Source: Phenylobacterium sp.
GTDB taxonomy: Bacteria > Pseudomonadota > Alphaproteobacteria > Caulobacterales > Caulobacteraceae
Assembly: GCA_050729355.1 (NCBI GenBank)
Contig: JBOHKZ010000046.1
Span: 1-38,370, forward strand
Reading direction: 5' to 3'
DNA: 38,370 nucleotides
Positions 28,605 to 38,270 of this stretch are shown piece after piece. Every line of letters begins with the position of its first letter. Position 1 is the first letter of the stretch. The notes below the pieces were generated by a model that had not been told where the DNA came from, did not search any database, and saw nothing but the letters and a program-made list of their open reading frames with translations. Both the position numbers and the translations under genes were made by a program.

Positions 28605-29588
28605 GTGAGCGCCCGTTCCTCCTCACCTTCCCGGCAGATGGCCCAGCCTCAATTCATCACCCGCCTGCGGGCCATCCATTGGGACCCGGCCCACTGGGCG
28701 CGCATGTCCCTGCAGACCTTCGGCAAGGCCCTGACCCGGCTCTGGGGCCGCGACGTCATGCTCTACGTCGGCGGCGTCTCGTTCTTCAGCATGCTGGCGA
28801 TCTTCCCGGCGCTGGCGATCCTGATCACCCTCTACAGCCTGCTGTCGGACCCGGCGGCGGCGGCGCGCGAGGGCGAGGCGCTGTCGTTCCTGATCCCGGC
28901 CGGGGCCCGCGAGATCTTCCGCTACGAACTGTTGCGGCTGGCCAGCGCCCCGCATGGCGCCATGTCGACCCAGAGCGCCTTCGCACTGATGATCGGTCTC
29001 TACGCAGCGCATCGGGGCTTCAAGGCCATGCTGGCGGGCCTCTCATTCATCCATGACGAGGACGAGCAGCGAGGCTTTGTCGGCTTCAACCTGATGGCGC
29101 TGGCGGTCCTGGTCGCCGCCTTTGCGGGCCTGGCGGTCGTCTCGGCGCTGTTCTTCAGCCTTCGCGTCCTGGGCGCGGCGTTCGAATTCCGGCCGCTACG
29201 GGGCGTGCCGTGGCTTTACAGCGAATGGACCTGGGCCAGCGCTGCCATGACGCTCGGGATGAGCCTGATCTATCGCTGGGCGATGTCGCGCCGGCCGGTC
29301 GCCTGGCGGGCCTCGGTGCTGGGCGGGATGGCGGCCGCCGTCCTTTGCCTGTTCGCCTCCTGGGCCACGGCCTTCTACGTCACCGAGATCGCCCACCTGG
29401 GGGCGACCTACGGCTCGATCGCCACCGTCGTGGTGTTCCTGATCTGGCTGTCGTGGAATGTGAACGCGATATTCTTCGGCGGGGCGCTGGCGACGGAGGT
29501 CGAAATCGCCATCGACGCGGCCCAGCGGCCGCCGCTGCTCGCCGACCTGCGCGGCGCCGAACCTATGACTTCGCCACCAGGAAGCTGA
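28605..29588 (+). CDS. YihY/BrkB family inner-membrane protein
   Basis: VSFFSMLAIFPAL, multiple TM helices, TYGSIATVVVFLIWL; start uncertain (GTG 28605 or ATG 28638). Confidence 0.88.
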   Translation: MSARSSSPSRQMAQPQFITRLRAIHWDPAHWARMSLQTFGKALTRLWGRDVMLYVGGVSFFSMLAIFPALAILITLYSLLSDPAAAAREGEALSFLIPAGAREIFRYELLRLASAPHGAMSTQSAFALMIGLYAAHRGFKAMLAGLSFIHDEDEQRGFVGFNLMALAVLVAAFAGLAVVSALFFSLRVLGAAFEFRPLRGVPWLYSEWTWASAAMTLGMSLIYRWAMSRRPVAWRASVLGGMAAAVLCLFASWATAFYVTEIAHLGATYGSIATVVVFLIWLSWNVNAIFFGGALATEVEIAIDAAQRPPLLADLRGAEPMTSPPGS

Positions 29589-29793
29589 ACCCGGCGCCGA
29601 CCTCGGTCCGCTCGATCAGCTCGACGCCCGCCTCGGCGGCGAAGTGGGGGACGTCGATCCGGGCCATGGGGTCGTCGGCGTAGAGCCGCACGCGGGCTCC
29701 GGCAGGGGCGGTTTCCAGGGCGCGACGCAGGCGCAGGGTCGGCACCGGGCAACGGTGCCCGCGGGCGTCGACGACAATCTCTTCAGCGGCCAT
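29563..29793 (-). CDS. TusA/SirA family sulfur carrier
   Basis: DARGHRCPVP (CPxP) and ADDPMARID motifs, 76 aa. Confidence 0.9.
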   Translation of the reverse strand: MAAEEIVVDARGHRCPVPTLRLRRALETAPAGARVRLYADDPMARIDVPHFAAEAGVELIERTEVGAGFSFLVAKS

Positions 29794-29849
29794 GGGCGAC
29801 GCCTACACGAGCGTCCGGAAAAACAACAGGCGGCGGCGTGGCGCGGCGG

Positions 29850-30107
29850 CTAGCCGGCCCGACGGACGGGAGCGCGGCTACGCCCGGCCTTCAGCAGGTT
29901 CCAGCCTTCGCGGGTGAGGATGAAGGCGTGTGGAGAGCCGTCCCAGCCGTTGGCCAGGGAGACTGCGCCGGCCCGCTGCAACAGCCGCAGGCCGCAGAGC
30001 CGCAGGTAGAGGCCGTGCTTCTCCGCGTCGCCGCAGGCCAGCGGCTCGTGCAACGCCGCAAGCAGAGCCTCGTGTTCTTCGGCGGTCAGTACGGGGGCGT
30101 CGTTCAT
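29850..30107 (-). CDS. Small hypothetical protein, possible winged-helix
   Basis: 85 aa ORF filling the gap; LTAEEHEAL...L..L.LL...LTREG..LL pattern; promoter-like motif directly upstream. Confidence 0.6.
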   Translation of the reverse strand: MNDAPVLTAEEHEALLAALHEPLACGDAEKHGLYLRLCGLRLLQRAGAVSLANGWDGSPHAFILTREGWNLLKAGRSRAPVRRAG

Positions 30108-30115
30108 AATTCCGT

Positions 30116-30140
30116 AACGCTGAACAGGCGTGGCCGTTGC
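30116..30140 (-). promoter_or_regulatory. Putative EcfG/SigT-type (general stress) promoter
   Basis: Minus strand GCAAC-N16-CGTT, 8 nt before ATG 30107; one mismatch to GGAAC-N16/17-CGTT. Confidence 0.5.
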
Positions 30141-30141
30141 G

Positions 30142-30477
30142 TCAAGAACTCAGGCTGATTTCCACGCCTTCCGAATTGAAAATCCTTGCGAGCAGGCTGC
30201 CGGCCTCGGTCCGCGGGGGCGAGGAGAAGTCGAGCCCATTGGCGCCGCGCGCCGCATAGAGCTTCGCGACGTCGGCGACCGCGAACCCAAGCTGGACCTT
30301 GCCCGCCGGGTTCTCCGCGCTGGCGGGGTGCAGGGCGAGCGTCACGTCGCCGGTGGCGAACTCACTCCAGAAGGGCGACGCGAACCTGAGCGTCAGGCCG
30401 AGGACCTCGCGATGGAAGGCCACGGCCTTGTCCATGTCGGCGACGAAGGCGATGGCGTAGCTGAACCTGGCCTGCAT
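30142..30477 (-). CDS. VOC/glyoxalase family protein
   Basis: [47 protein letters not shown]. Confidence 0.88.
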   Translation of the reverse strand: MQARFSYAIAFVADMDKAVAFHREVLGLTLRFASPFWSEFATGDVTLALHPASAENPAGKVQLGFAVADVAKLYAARGANGLDFSSPPRTEAGSLLARIFNSEGVEISLSS

Positions 30478-30593
30478 GGCTGAGCCTCCCGGGGCGCAAG
30501 GCTACGCCCCGCCCAGCTCGCGGTGAAGCGGGTCTTGAGAATGCCTCCGGTCGTGCGAAAAGGTCGCCCGACCAAACTCAGATGGGACGTTGC

Positions 30594-31696
<1,103 letters not shown>

Positions 31697-31703
<7 letters not shown>

Positions 31704-32713
31704 GCGCCCAGCGCCGCCGCCTTCAGCTGCGGGAAGACCTTGCCGACCTTGCCCAGGAGGTAGTCTCCGTAGGTCCCTTCGAACTCATGGACCGAGGCGC
31801 CGTCCCAGCGGTCGGCGCGGTCCGCGGCGGTTAGTGCTGCGTCCGTCGCCACCGCCGGCAGGGGCCGCATGGGCGCCTCGAAATCGGGGTCGAAGAACAG
31901 CGGGAAGGAGAGGCGGTCGTGGCCGCTGCGGTTCATCACCCGGTGCGGCGTCGACTTGAAGCGCCCGCCGGTCAGCCGTTCCAGCATATCCCCGATGTTG
32001 CAGACCAGCGCGCCGTCGATCGGCGGCGCCTCGATCCAGCCGCCTGGGGTCCTGACCTCCAAGCCGCCCCAGCGGTCCTGCGCCAGGAGGGTCAGCAGCC
32101 CATAGTCGGTGTGCTCGCCCACACCCCAGGACCGGCTCCAGTCGGCCTCGCCTGGTCCGGTCGCCGGATAGTGGAAGATGCGAAAGAGCACGGTCGGCGT
32201 CGCCGTGTAGGCCCGGGCAAAATACCTCGCGTCGAGGCCCAGGCTCAGAGATACGCCTTCCATCAGTGCGGCCGCGGCGCGGGTCGCGGCGTCCATATAG
32301 GCGGTGGCCGCGGGCTTCAGGCCGGGCAGGGCGTCCGGGCACAGGTTCGGGCCATGCATCGGCGTTCCCGCCCGCACCCTGGGATGGTCTGCGGTCAGTT
32401 CGGTCCCGAGGTAGAGGCCCTCCTTCAGGTCCGGGCGTCCCGACGTCAGTTCTCCGCCAACCGGGAAGAAGCCGCGCCAGGCCCGGCCGCCGCGGGGCAT
32501 CGCGATGGCCATCTTGTCCTGCAGCGGCAAGGCGAAGAACCGCCGGCTCTCGGCCTCCAGCGCGTCCAGAACGTCAGGGGCGATGCCGTGGCCGGTCAGG
32601 TAGAAGAAGCCATGGGCGCGGCAGGCGCGTTCGATCTCGCCAGCGACCCGGCCCCGACCTGCCTCGTCACCGCCGAACAGCGCGGACATGTCGATGACCG
32701 GCAACTGCTCCAT
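31697..32713 (-). CDS. 2-oxoglutarate/Fe(II) dioxygenase, isopenicillin N synthase family
   Basis: [19 protein letters not shown]...H facial triad (EHTDYG; STPHRV), RLS (RxS) motif. Confidence 0.92.
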
Positions 32714-33444
32714 CAGGCGGCCGGCGCCGGGCGGGCGCGCTGGTTGTAGAGCAGCTTCCGGCGCCGCTCCTGTTCCTCGGGCGGCAGGGTTGCGGGGTCC
32801 TCGACGGGCACCCCGGCGGTCACCGCCATGCCCCGTTGCAGGGCCGGCCGCGCAGACAGTTCCTCGAACCAGCGCTTGAAGTACTTGAACTCGTCGAGGT
32901 CGATCCCCTGCAGCTGCCAGCTGGCGGTCCAGGGATAGGAGATCATGTCGGCGATCGAATAGTCCTCGCCGGCCAGATAGCGGCGGTCATAGAGGCGGTT
33001 GTTCAGCACGCCGTAGAGACGATGGGTTTCGTCGGCGAAGCGCCGCTGGGCGTAGGACTGATCGCCGTGCTCCGCGGGCACCCGGCTGAAGTGGCCCCGC
33101 TCGCCGGTTTTGGGGCCCTGATTGGCCATCTGCCACATGACCCACTGGGCGACTTCGTACTTGGCGCGGATGTCGTCCTGCGGCCAGAAGCGCCCCTCCT
33201 TTTCGGCCAGGTACATCATGATCGCGCCGGACTCGAAGACGCTGATCGCTGCTCCGCCGCCCTTGGGCGCGTGATCGACCATGGCCGGCATGCGGTTGTT
33301 CGGGCTGATTTTCAGGAAGCCGTCGCTGAACTGGTCGCCCACGCCGATGCGCACGGGCACGACATTGTAGGGGATGCCGAGCTCCTCCAGCAGGATCGTC
33401 ACCTTCTTGCCGTTGGGCGTTGGCCAATAGTGCACGTCGATCAT
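32713..33444 (-). CDS. Glutathione S-transferase, Nu class (YfcG/YghU-like)
   Basis: [10 protein letters not shown] (TPN motif), [26 protein letters not shown] coupling to the oxygenase. Confidence 0.92.
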   Translation of the reverse strand: MIDVHYWPTPNGKKVTILLEELGIPYNVVPVRIGVGDQFSDGFLKISPNNRMPAMVDHAPKGGGAAISVFESGAIMMYLAEKEGRFWPQDDIRAKYEVAQWVMWQMANQGPKTGERGHFSRVPAEHGDQSYAQRRFADETHRLYGVLNNRLYDRRYLAGEDYSIADMISYPWTASWQLQGIDLDEFKYFKRWFEELSARPALQRGMAVTAGVPVEDPATLPPEEQERRRKLLYNQRARPAPAA

Positions 33445-33590
33445 GGCGGGACCTTCTTTAATGACCCTCGAAACCTAGGCTCCGTGCGACCGATCTCAAC
33501 CCGACAAATCCTGCAAGGCGGATGCAGGCGTTCTGAACGCAGCCGGATTGCGTAGGCGTGGAAGGCCCTCGCGGGTGTAAGCCTGTCGGC

Positions 33591-33845
33591 ATGGATGATT
33601 TGACGGCGAGCCAGCTTCACGCCCTGCAGAACCTCGCGCGCAAGCGGGCCGGGGAGGGCGTGCCCTTCGTGAACATCAGCGACGCGCGCGCGCTGACCGA
33701 ACTGGGTTTCGCCGAGCGAAGCCGCGAGGGCTGGGACATCACCGCCACGGGAGCCGCCTTTCTGGCGCGACAGGCGCCGCTCGGGTCGCCAGGACCCGAT
33801 GCTCCGGAGCCTCCGACCGATATCAAGACGCGGCGCGAGACCTAG
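33591..33845 (+). CDS. Small hypothetical protein, possible winged-helix
   Basis: 84 aa; LTASQLHAL...ARALTELGFA...WDITATG..FL pattern. Confidence 0.7.
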   Translation: MDDLTASQLHALQNLARKRAGEGVPFVNISDARALTELGFAERSREGWDITATGAAFLARQAPLGSPGPDAPEPPTDIKTRRET

Positions 33846-33923
33846 CGGCGGCCCGCCTAGGCAAGCGGCTGAACGCGCGATAAAGGCTCCCGCGCGCTTG
33901 CGCTCCAGAAGGTTTCGAGAAGC

Positions 33924-36149
33924 ATGAACGACACGCCGGCCGCGCTGATGGCCGCCCTGACGCAGGACCCTGCGCAGCCGCCCGAGATCTACCTGCAGCT
34001 CGTCCGGGATCTCTATCATGGGCAGCGTCACGCCGAGGGCGAGCGCTGGGCCGCTGCGGGCCTGGCGCAGCATCCGGAGGCGTTCGGGCTCTGGAATATC
34101 CAAGGCGTCCTTTTGCGGGTGCTTCGGCGGCCGCAAGAGGCTCTGGCCGCGCTCGATCGGGCCATTGCGCTGAACCCTTCGGAGGCGGGAGCCCGCGTCA
34201 ACCGCGGCAATGTCCTGCTGGACCTGGGCGACGGCCCCGCGGCCGTTGCGGCGTTCGACCCACTGGTCGCCGAAGCGCCCGATAATCCCGTGCTGCACCA
34301 TCACCTTGGCCGCGCCCATGACGTGGCGGGACAACCCGATCTGGCCGTGGCGTCTTTCCGCCGGGCGCTGGCCCTGCGGCCGGGGCAGGTGGAGACATGG
34401 CTGCAGTTGGCTCGCCACCTGAACGCCGGCCGTAGCGGCGCCGCCGCCGAAGCCGTCCTCGACGAGGGGCTCGTCGCCAATCCCGACAATCATGCGCTTC
34501 TGGAGGCCAAGGGCCTGGTGCTCCGCGCCTCCGGAGAACGGGGCCGGACCCTGGCGTTCCTCGATGACCTCGCCCAGCGCCATCCCGACGTCGCCTGGAT
34601 CCACCTCCACCTCGGCGACATGGTGGCCGCCGATGACCGGGCGCGGGGCCTGCAGCACCTACGACGGGCCGTGGCCCTGGAGCCGGACAACCGCGACAAC
34701 ATCGTCGCTCTCGCCCAGGTTCTCGAGCGAGGCCGCGGCCCCGACGAGGTCGCCGAGCTCGATGAAGCCTATGAACTGGCCCGGCGGGCCATGGCGCGGG
34801 GCTGGTCAAACCCGGCGCACGCCAAGGTGTTCGGGGATTCCTTTGGCCGGGTTTGCGATTTCGAAGCGCTGGACGCGCTGGGGGATTTCAAGACCCTCGG
34901 CCGGGGCTGGGCGTCTGCCGGCATTCATGTGGCGCTGCTCCGGCACATGGCGCGGGCATCGTCGCCGGCGGATCGGATCGAACTGCTGGAGCAGCACCGC
35001 ATCTGGGCCAGGGCGGTAGAGGCGCGAGCGGTCGCCGAGCCGGTCAGTCGCGCGCCTCGCGGCCCGCGGAGCAAAATCCGGCTCGGCGTGATGTCCTCGG
35101 ACCTGCGCAGCCACGTGGTCACTCACTTCGCCCAGCCGATCTTCGATCACCTGGATCGCGATCGCTTCGAGGTCTACGCCTACTCGTTCTTCCGGGGACA
35201 GGAAGACCAGACCCAGGCGCGCATCGCCGGCCAGGTCACCGAATTCCGCTGGCGGCCGGACATCACGACCCGCGGCGCGGCTCAGATGATCGCCGACGAC
35301 AATCTGGACGTTCTCGTCGAGTTGGGCGGGTCGACGCACATGAACAAGCTCGAGGTGATGGCCTATCGGCCGGCCCCATTGCAGGTCAGCTGGCTAGGGT
35401 ACCCGCACTCCAGTGGGCTCTCGACGATCGACCGGCTGGTCTGCGACCCGTTCAATGCGCCAACCGACCCTGGTCTCCTGATCGAGCGGCCGCTGATGCT
35501 GCCGAGATCATGGGTCTCGCTTGGGCCGGCGTTTTCGGATGAGCCCGCCATCGCCGAGACCTCGGCGCAAGACCGGTATGGCGTCGTCACGTTCGGAACC
35601 GCGAACAGTCCTTACAAATACACCGCCGCCGGCCTGCGGACCTGGGCCCGGATCGTCGCCGCGGTTCCGGGGTCTCGGTTTGCCTTCATCCGTCCGGAGG
35701 CCGCCTCGCCGATCTTCCGCCGCCACGTGCTCGCCGCCTTCGCCGCCGAAGGCGTCAGCGCGGAGCGCGTGGTCTTCCATGCGGTCCGCGGTCGGCACCT
35801 GCCTGTCTACAATGAGGTCGACCTGACGCTCGACACCTTCCCGCTCACCGGGGGCACCACGACCGTCGAGTCGCTCTGGATGGGCGCGCCCGTCGTCAGC
35901 CTGGTGGGCGCAGCCTTCTTCGAGCGACTGAGCTACTCGATCCTCTCGAACGCCGGCCTGGGCGATCTCTGCGCACACGATCTGGCGGGTTATGTCGAGA
36001 CGGCGGTGAACCTTGCCAACGACCGTGAGCGCCGCCGCGACCTGCGCGCCTCGATGCGCTCCCGCTTGCGCGCGAGCCCGCTCGGGCAGGCGGAAACCTT
36101 CGCCCGCGACTTCTACGATGCGATGGCCGGAGCGGTGGAGGCCGGTTAG
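33924..36149 (+). CDS. TPR-repeat glycosyltransferase, GT41 (O-GlcNAc transferase/SPINDLY-like)
   Basis: N-terminal TPRs; SSDLRSHVV, APLQVSWLGYP, FGTANSPYK, LDTFPLTGGTTTVESLWMGAPVVSL. Confidence 0.9.
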   Translation: MNDTPAALMAALTQDPAQPPEIYLQLVRDLYHGQRHAEGERWAAAGLAQHPEAFGLWNIQGVLLRVLRRPQEALAALDRAIALNPSEAGARVNRGNVLLDLGDGPAAVAAFDPLVAEAPDNPVLHHHLGRAHDVAGQPDLAVASFRRALALRPGQVETWLQLARHLNAGRSGAAAEAVLDEGLVANPDNHALLEAKGLVLRASGERGRTLAFLDDLAQRHPDVAWIHLHLGDMVAADDRARGLQHLRRAVALEPDNRDNIVALAQVLERGRGPDEVAELDEAYELARRAMARGWSNPAHAKVFGDSFGRVCDFEALDALGDFKTLGRGWASAGIHVALLRHMARASSPADRIELLEQHRIWARAVEARAVAEPVSRAPRGPRSKIRLGVMSSDLRSHVVTHFAQPIFDHLDRDRFEVYAYSFFRGQEDQTQARIAGQVTEFRWRPDITTRGAAQMIADDNLDVLVELGGSTHMNKLEVMAYRPAPLQVSWLGYPHSSGLSTIDRLVCDPFNAPTDPGLLIERPLMLPRSWVSLGPAFSDEPAIAETSAQDRYGVVTFGTANSPYKYTAAGLRTWARIVAAVPGSRFAFIRPEAASPIFRRHVLAAFAAEGVSAERVVFHAVRGRHLPVYNEVDLTLDTFPLTGGTTTVESLWMGAPVVSLVGAAFFERLSYSILSNAGLGDLCAHDLAGYVETAVNLANDRERRRDLRASMRSRLRASPLGQAETFARDFYDAMAGAVEAG

Positions 36150-36244
36150 CGAATCACCCCGCCGTCGATGGCCGCATCGGCCCGTCGCGGCGCAGATCTC
36201 GTCCCGGCGACCACTCCGCCGCCGCAGATCACCAAATCGTGCAT
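36146..36244 (-). pseudogene. N-terminal remnant of an N-acyl-D-amino-acid deacylase/amidohydrolase
   Basis: MHDLVICGGGVVAGTRSAPRRADAAIDGGVIR* resembles the amidohydrolase start (DLVIRGG.VVDGTG....ADVAI.GG.I); GGGAG precedes the ATG; only 32 codons remain. Confidence 0.7.
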
Positions 36245-36509
36245 CGCTCCCGCCCAGGGAGCTTTTGGCCAAACCAGGGTTCGCATAACGCCATTGTTGA
36301 ACAGGGCGGCAGTTTGACAGACGGCCTGCCGGCTGCTGCGGCGTGTTGGCGCATCAGGGCCCATCGGGGCGCCTCAGTGCGGCGCCCGACAGAAACCCGC
36401 CTTATTTCGCCTGTGAAACGAGTACGCGCCTTGTACCGACTCGAGTTGGCTCGGCGTTCGCGTGTCAAATTCCATCGCGGCCCCAGCCGCACTCCAAGCC
36501 GAGGACATC

Positions 36510-36959
36510 ATGGATCTCAGCCCGAACAGCAAGTCTGCTCGCCCCTCGGAAATCCTCCGCGCGCAGCAGGACATCATTCGCCAGCAGGATGCGATCATCC
36601 AGGTTCTGAAGGGAGCCCTGGCCGCGGCCGGATTGGGGTTTGCCCCGACCCAGGCCGATTGGATGTCCGGGCTCACCAAGCAGGAAGCCGCGCTGGTCGG
36701 CGTGCTGTACGCCCACTACCCCAGAAGCGTGCCGCGGGCGGACATCATCGAGCACCTGCCGGGGCACGACCATGCACGCGAGCGCCAACTCCAACTGGTC
36801 GATATCGTCGTCCACAAGGTGCGGCGAAAGCTGGGCGCCCTGACGATCGAAGCCGAGCGCGGCGTCGGCTTCCGGCTGGGCGAGGCGTTCCATGCCAACC
36901 TGCCCAAAGAGCCCCTGCAGGTCGCGCCTGAATCGAGGGTCATCCCAAGGGCCGCCTGA
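36510..36959 (+). CDS. Receiver-less OmpR/PhoB-type winged-helix protein with N-terminal coiled coil
   Basis: LTKQEAALVGVL...R.DII..L...LVDIVVHKVRRKLG...IEAERGVGFRL matches Trans_reg_C; GAGGA RBS before ATG 36510 (alternative GTG 36462). Confidence 0.85.
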   Translation: MDLSPNSKSARPSEILRAQQDIIRQQDAIIQVLKGALAAAGLGFAPTQADWMSGLTKQEAALVGVLYAHYPRSVPRADIIEHLPGHDHARERQLQLVDIVVHKVRRKLGALTIEAERGVGFRLGEAFHANLPKEPLQVAPESRVIPRAA

Positions 36960-37053
36960 CGCCATCGTGCTGGCGGGGCGAAGTCCGGTCGGCGCGGGGG
37001 TGAGGCGTTCGTGACGGAGCGCCGAGCGTTCCGTTTCGGGACAGCAGTCAGAT

Positions 37054-37080
37054 GACCGCCCGCCGCTGGCGGGCGCGGTC
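37054..37080. terminator. GC-rich hairpin between convergent regulator genes
   Basis: GACC-GCCCGCC-gct-GGCGGGC-gc-GGTC followed by GTTT. Confidence 0.45.
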
Positions 37081-37083
37081 GTT

Positions 37084-37314
37084 TCAGGTCTTCTCGACGA
37101 CCAGGCCATCGAAGAAGTAGGCCACATCGACGTCCAGGCACTGCGAGAGCGCCCAGAGCATGGGCGCCGAGATCGTGTTGGCCCCCGTCTCATATCGATG
37201 GATCTGCTGCAGGGTCACGCCGCATTGCTGTGCGACATCGGCCAGCGAGAGGCGCATGCGAAGCCGGCGCGCGGTGAGCCGGCTGCCGATGTGCAAGCTG
37301 ATGTCGGTGCTCAC
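37084..37314 (-). CDS. XRE family HTH transcription factor (single domain)
   Basis: HIGSRL..RR....SL..VA...GVTLQQI.RYETGAN.ISA..L..L...LDV.V.YFFDGL; GGGAGGG RBS, GTG start. Confidence 0.9.
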   Translation of the reverse strand: MSTDISLHIGSRLTARRLRMRLSLADVAQQCGVTLQQIHRYETGANTISAPMLWALSQCLDVDVAYFFDGLVVEKT

Positions 37315-37434
37315 CTAACCCTCCCTGGCGCCTCGAAGCGGCACAACCTGGCCGCACCGATGCAACCGCCGCACCAGTCGGGCTGGCAGGGTCGTAAGCC
37401 GGCTGTTGGAAGGTTCGTTGCCGGAGCTACGCGA

Positions 37435-38193
37435 TCAGAACGTGAAGCTCACGCCGATCAGCGGCCCGAAAATATCGAGGTCATACGTCAGGACGGGCTT
37501 GTCGAGGTTGAGGGACCAGTAGCGGAGCCCGACCACGCCGCCGAGGCTCTCCGTCCATTGATAGTTATACGTCCCGACAACCTGCCAGACCGTGGAGTCG
37601 TTCACGCCGAAGCCCCCGTAGTCGCCATAGCCGGTGACCGAACCTCGCGCGCCCGTCCGCATGGAGCCGCGAACGCCGATAACGGGATCGGTCCACTCCT
37701 TGGTGACCTTGCGCCCTATCCCCGGACCGCCGACCGTGGCGTCGAGTTTGGTCTTGAACTCGTTGTATCGCAGGCCGCCCAACAGATCGACGCTGCCACG
37801 CTCGCTGTCGTAGACGCGATAGTAGCCGGCGAGGGTGGCGGTCGTGGCGTCCAGCTCAACCTTCGTGCCGATGGTCGGAATATTGGTCGGGTTGCGGGTC
37901 TCGCCACCGCCCACGCTGAGGTAGACGAAGTCGCCGACCACGCCGAACCGGCCATAGCGGACGTCGGCCGTCCCGAGGAATGCGGCGTTCAGGTGATCCA
38001 GCACGTCGCCGAAGTCGGCCTCGACCTCGCGACCCGCAAGCGGGTAGGGGGCCGTCACGTCGCCCGAAACGCCTGTCGCCCAGAAGTACGGCGTGATCCT
38101 GACCTGCCAACCGCTGTCTTGCCCTAGTGCCGAAGAGGCCCCCAAGACGCCCACCGCGAAGGTCATGGCCGCGAGGGCGAGGCGCCTATTCAT
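37435..38193 (-). CDS. Outer-membrane beta-barrel protein
   Basis: Signal peptide, W...ITPYFWA, alternating beta-strand pattern, WTDPVIG, C-terminal GPLIGVSFTF ending in Phe. Confidence 0.82.
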   Translation of the reverse strand: MNRRLALAAMTFAVGVLGASSALGQDSGWQVRITPYFWATGVSGDVTAPYPLAGREVEADFGDVLDHLNAAFLGTADVRYGRFGVVGDFVYLSVGGGETRNPTNIPTIGTKVELDATTATLAGYYRVYDSERGSVDLLGGLRYNEFKTKLDATVGGPGIGRKVTKEWTDPVIGVRGSMRTGARGSVTGYGDYGGFGVNDSTVWQVVGTYNYQWTESLGGVVGLRYWSLNLDKPVLTYDLDIFGPLIGVSFTF

Positions 38194-38270
38194 AAGGGTT
38201 TCTCGTCTTGAGGATTCTGGGATCAAGGTTCGCGCCCGTGCTGAACGCCGACCGGGCGCGGGTCAGGCGC

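Noticed and set aside
36252..36509. Riboswitch or ribozyme in the long intergenic region before the wHTH gene
   Set aside because: I could not match any known consensus (c-di-GMP, SAM, cobalamin, hammerhead) by eye; an Infernal search would be needed.
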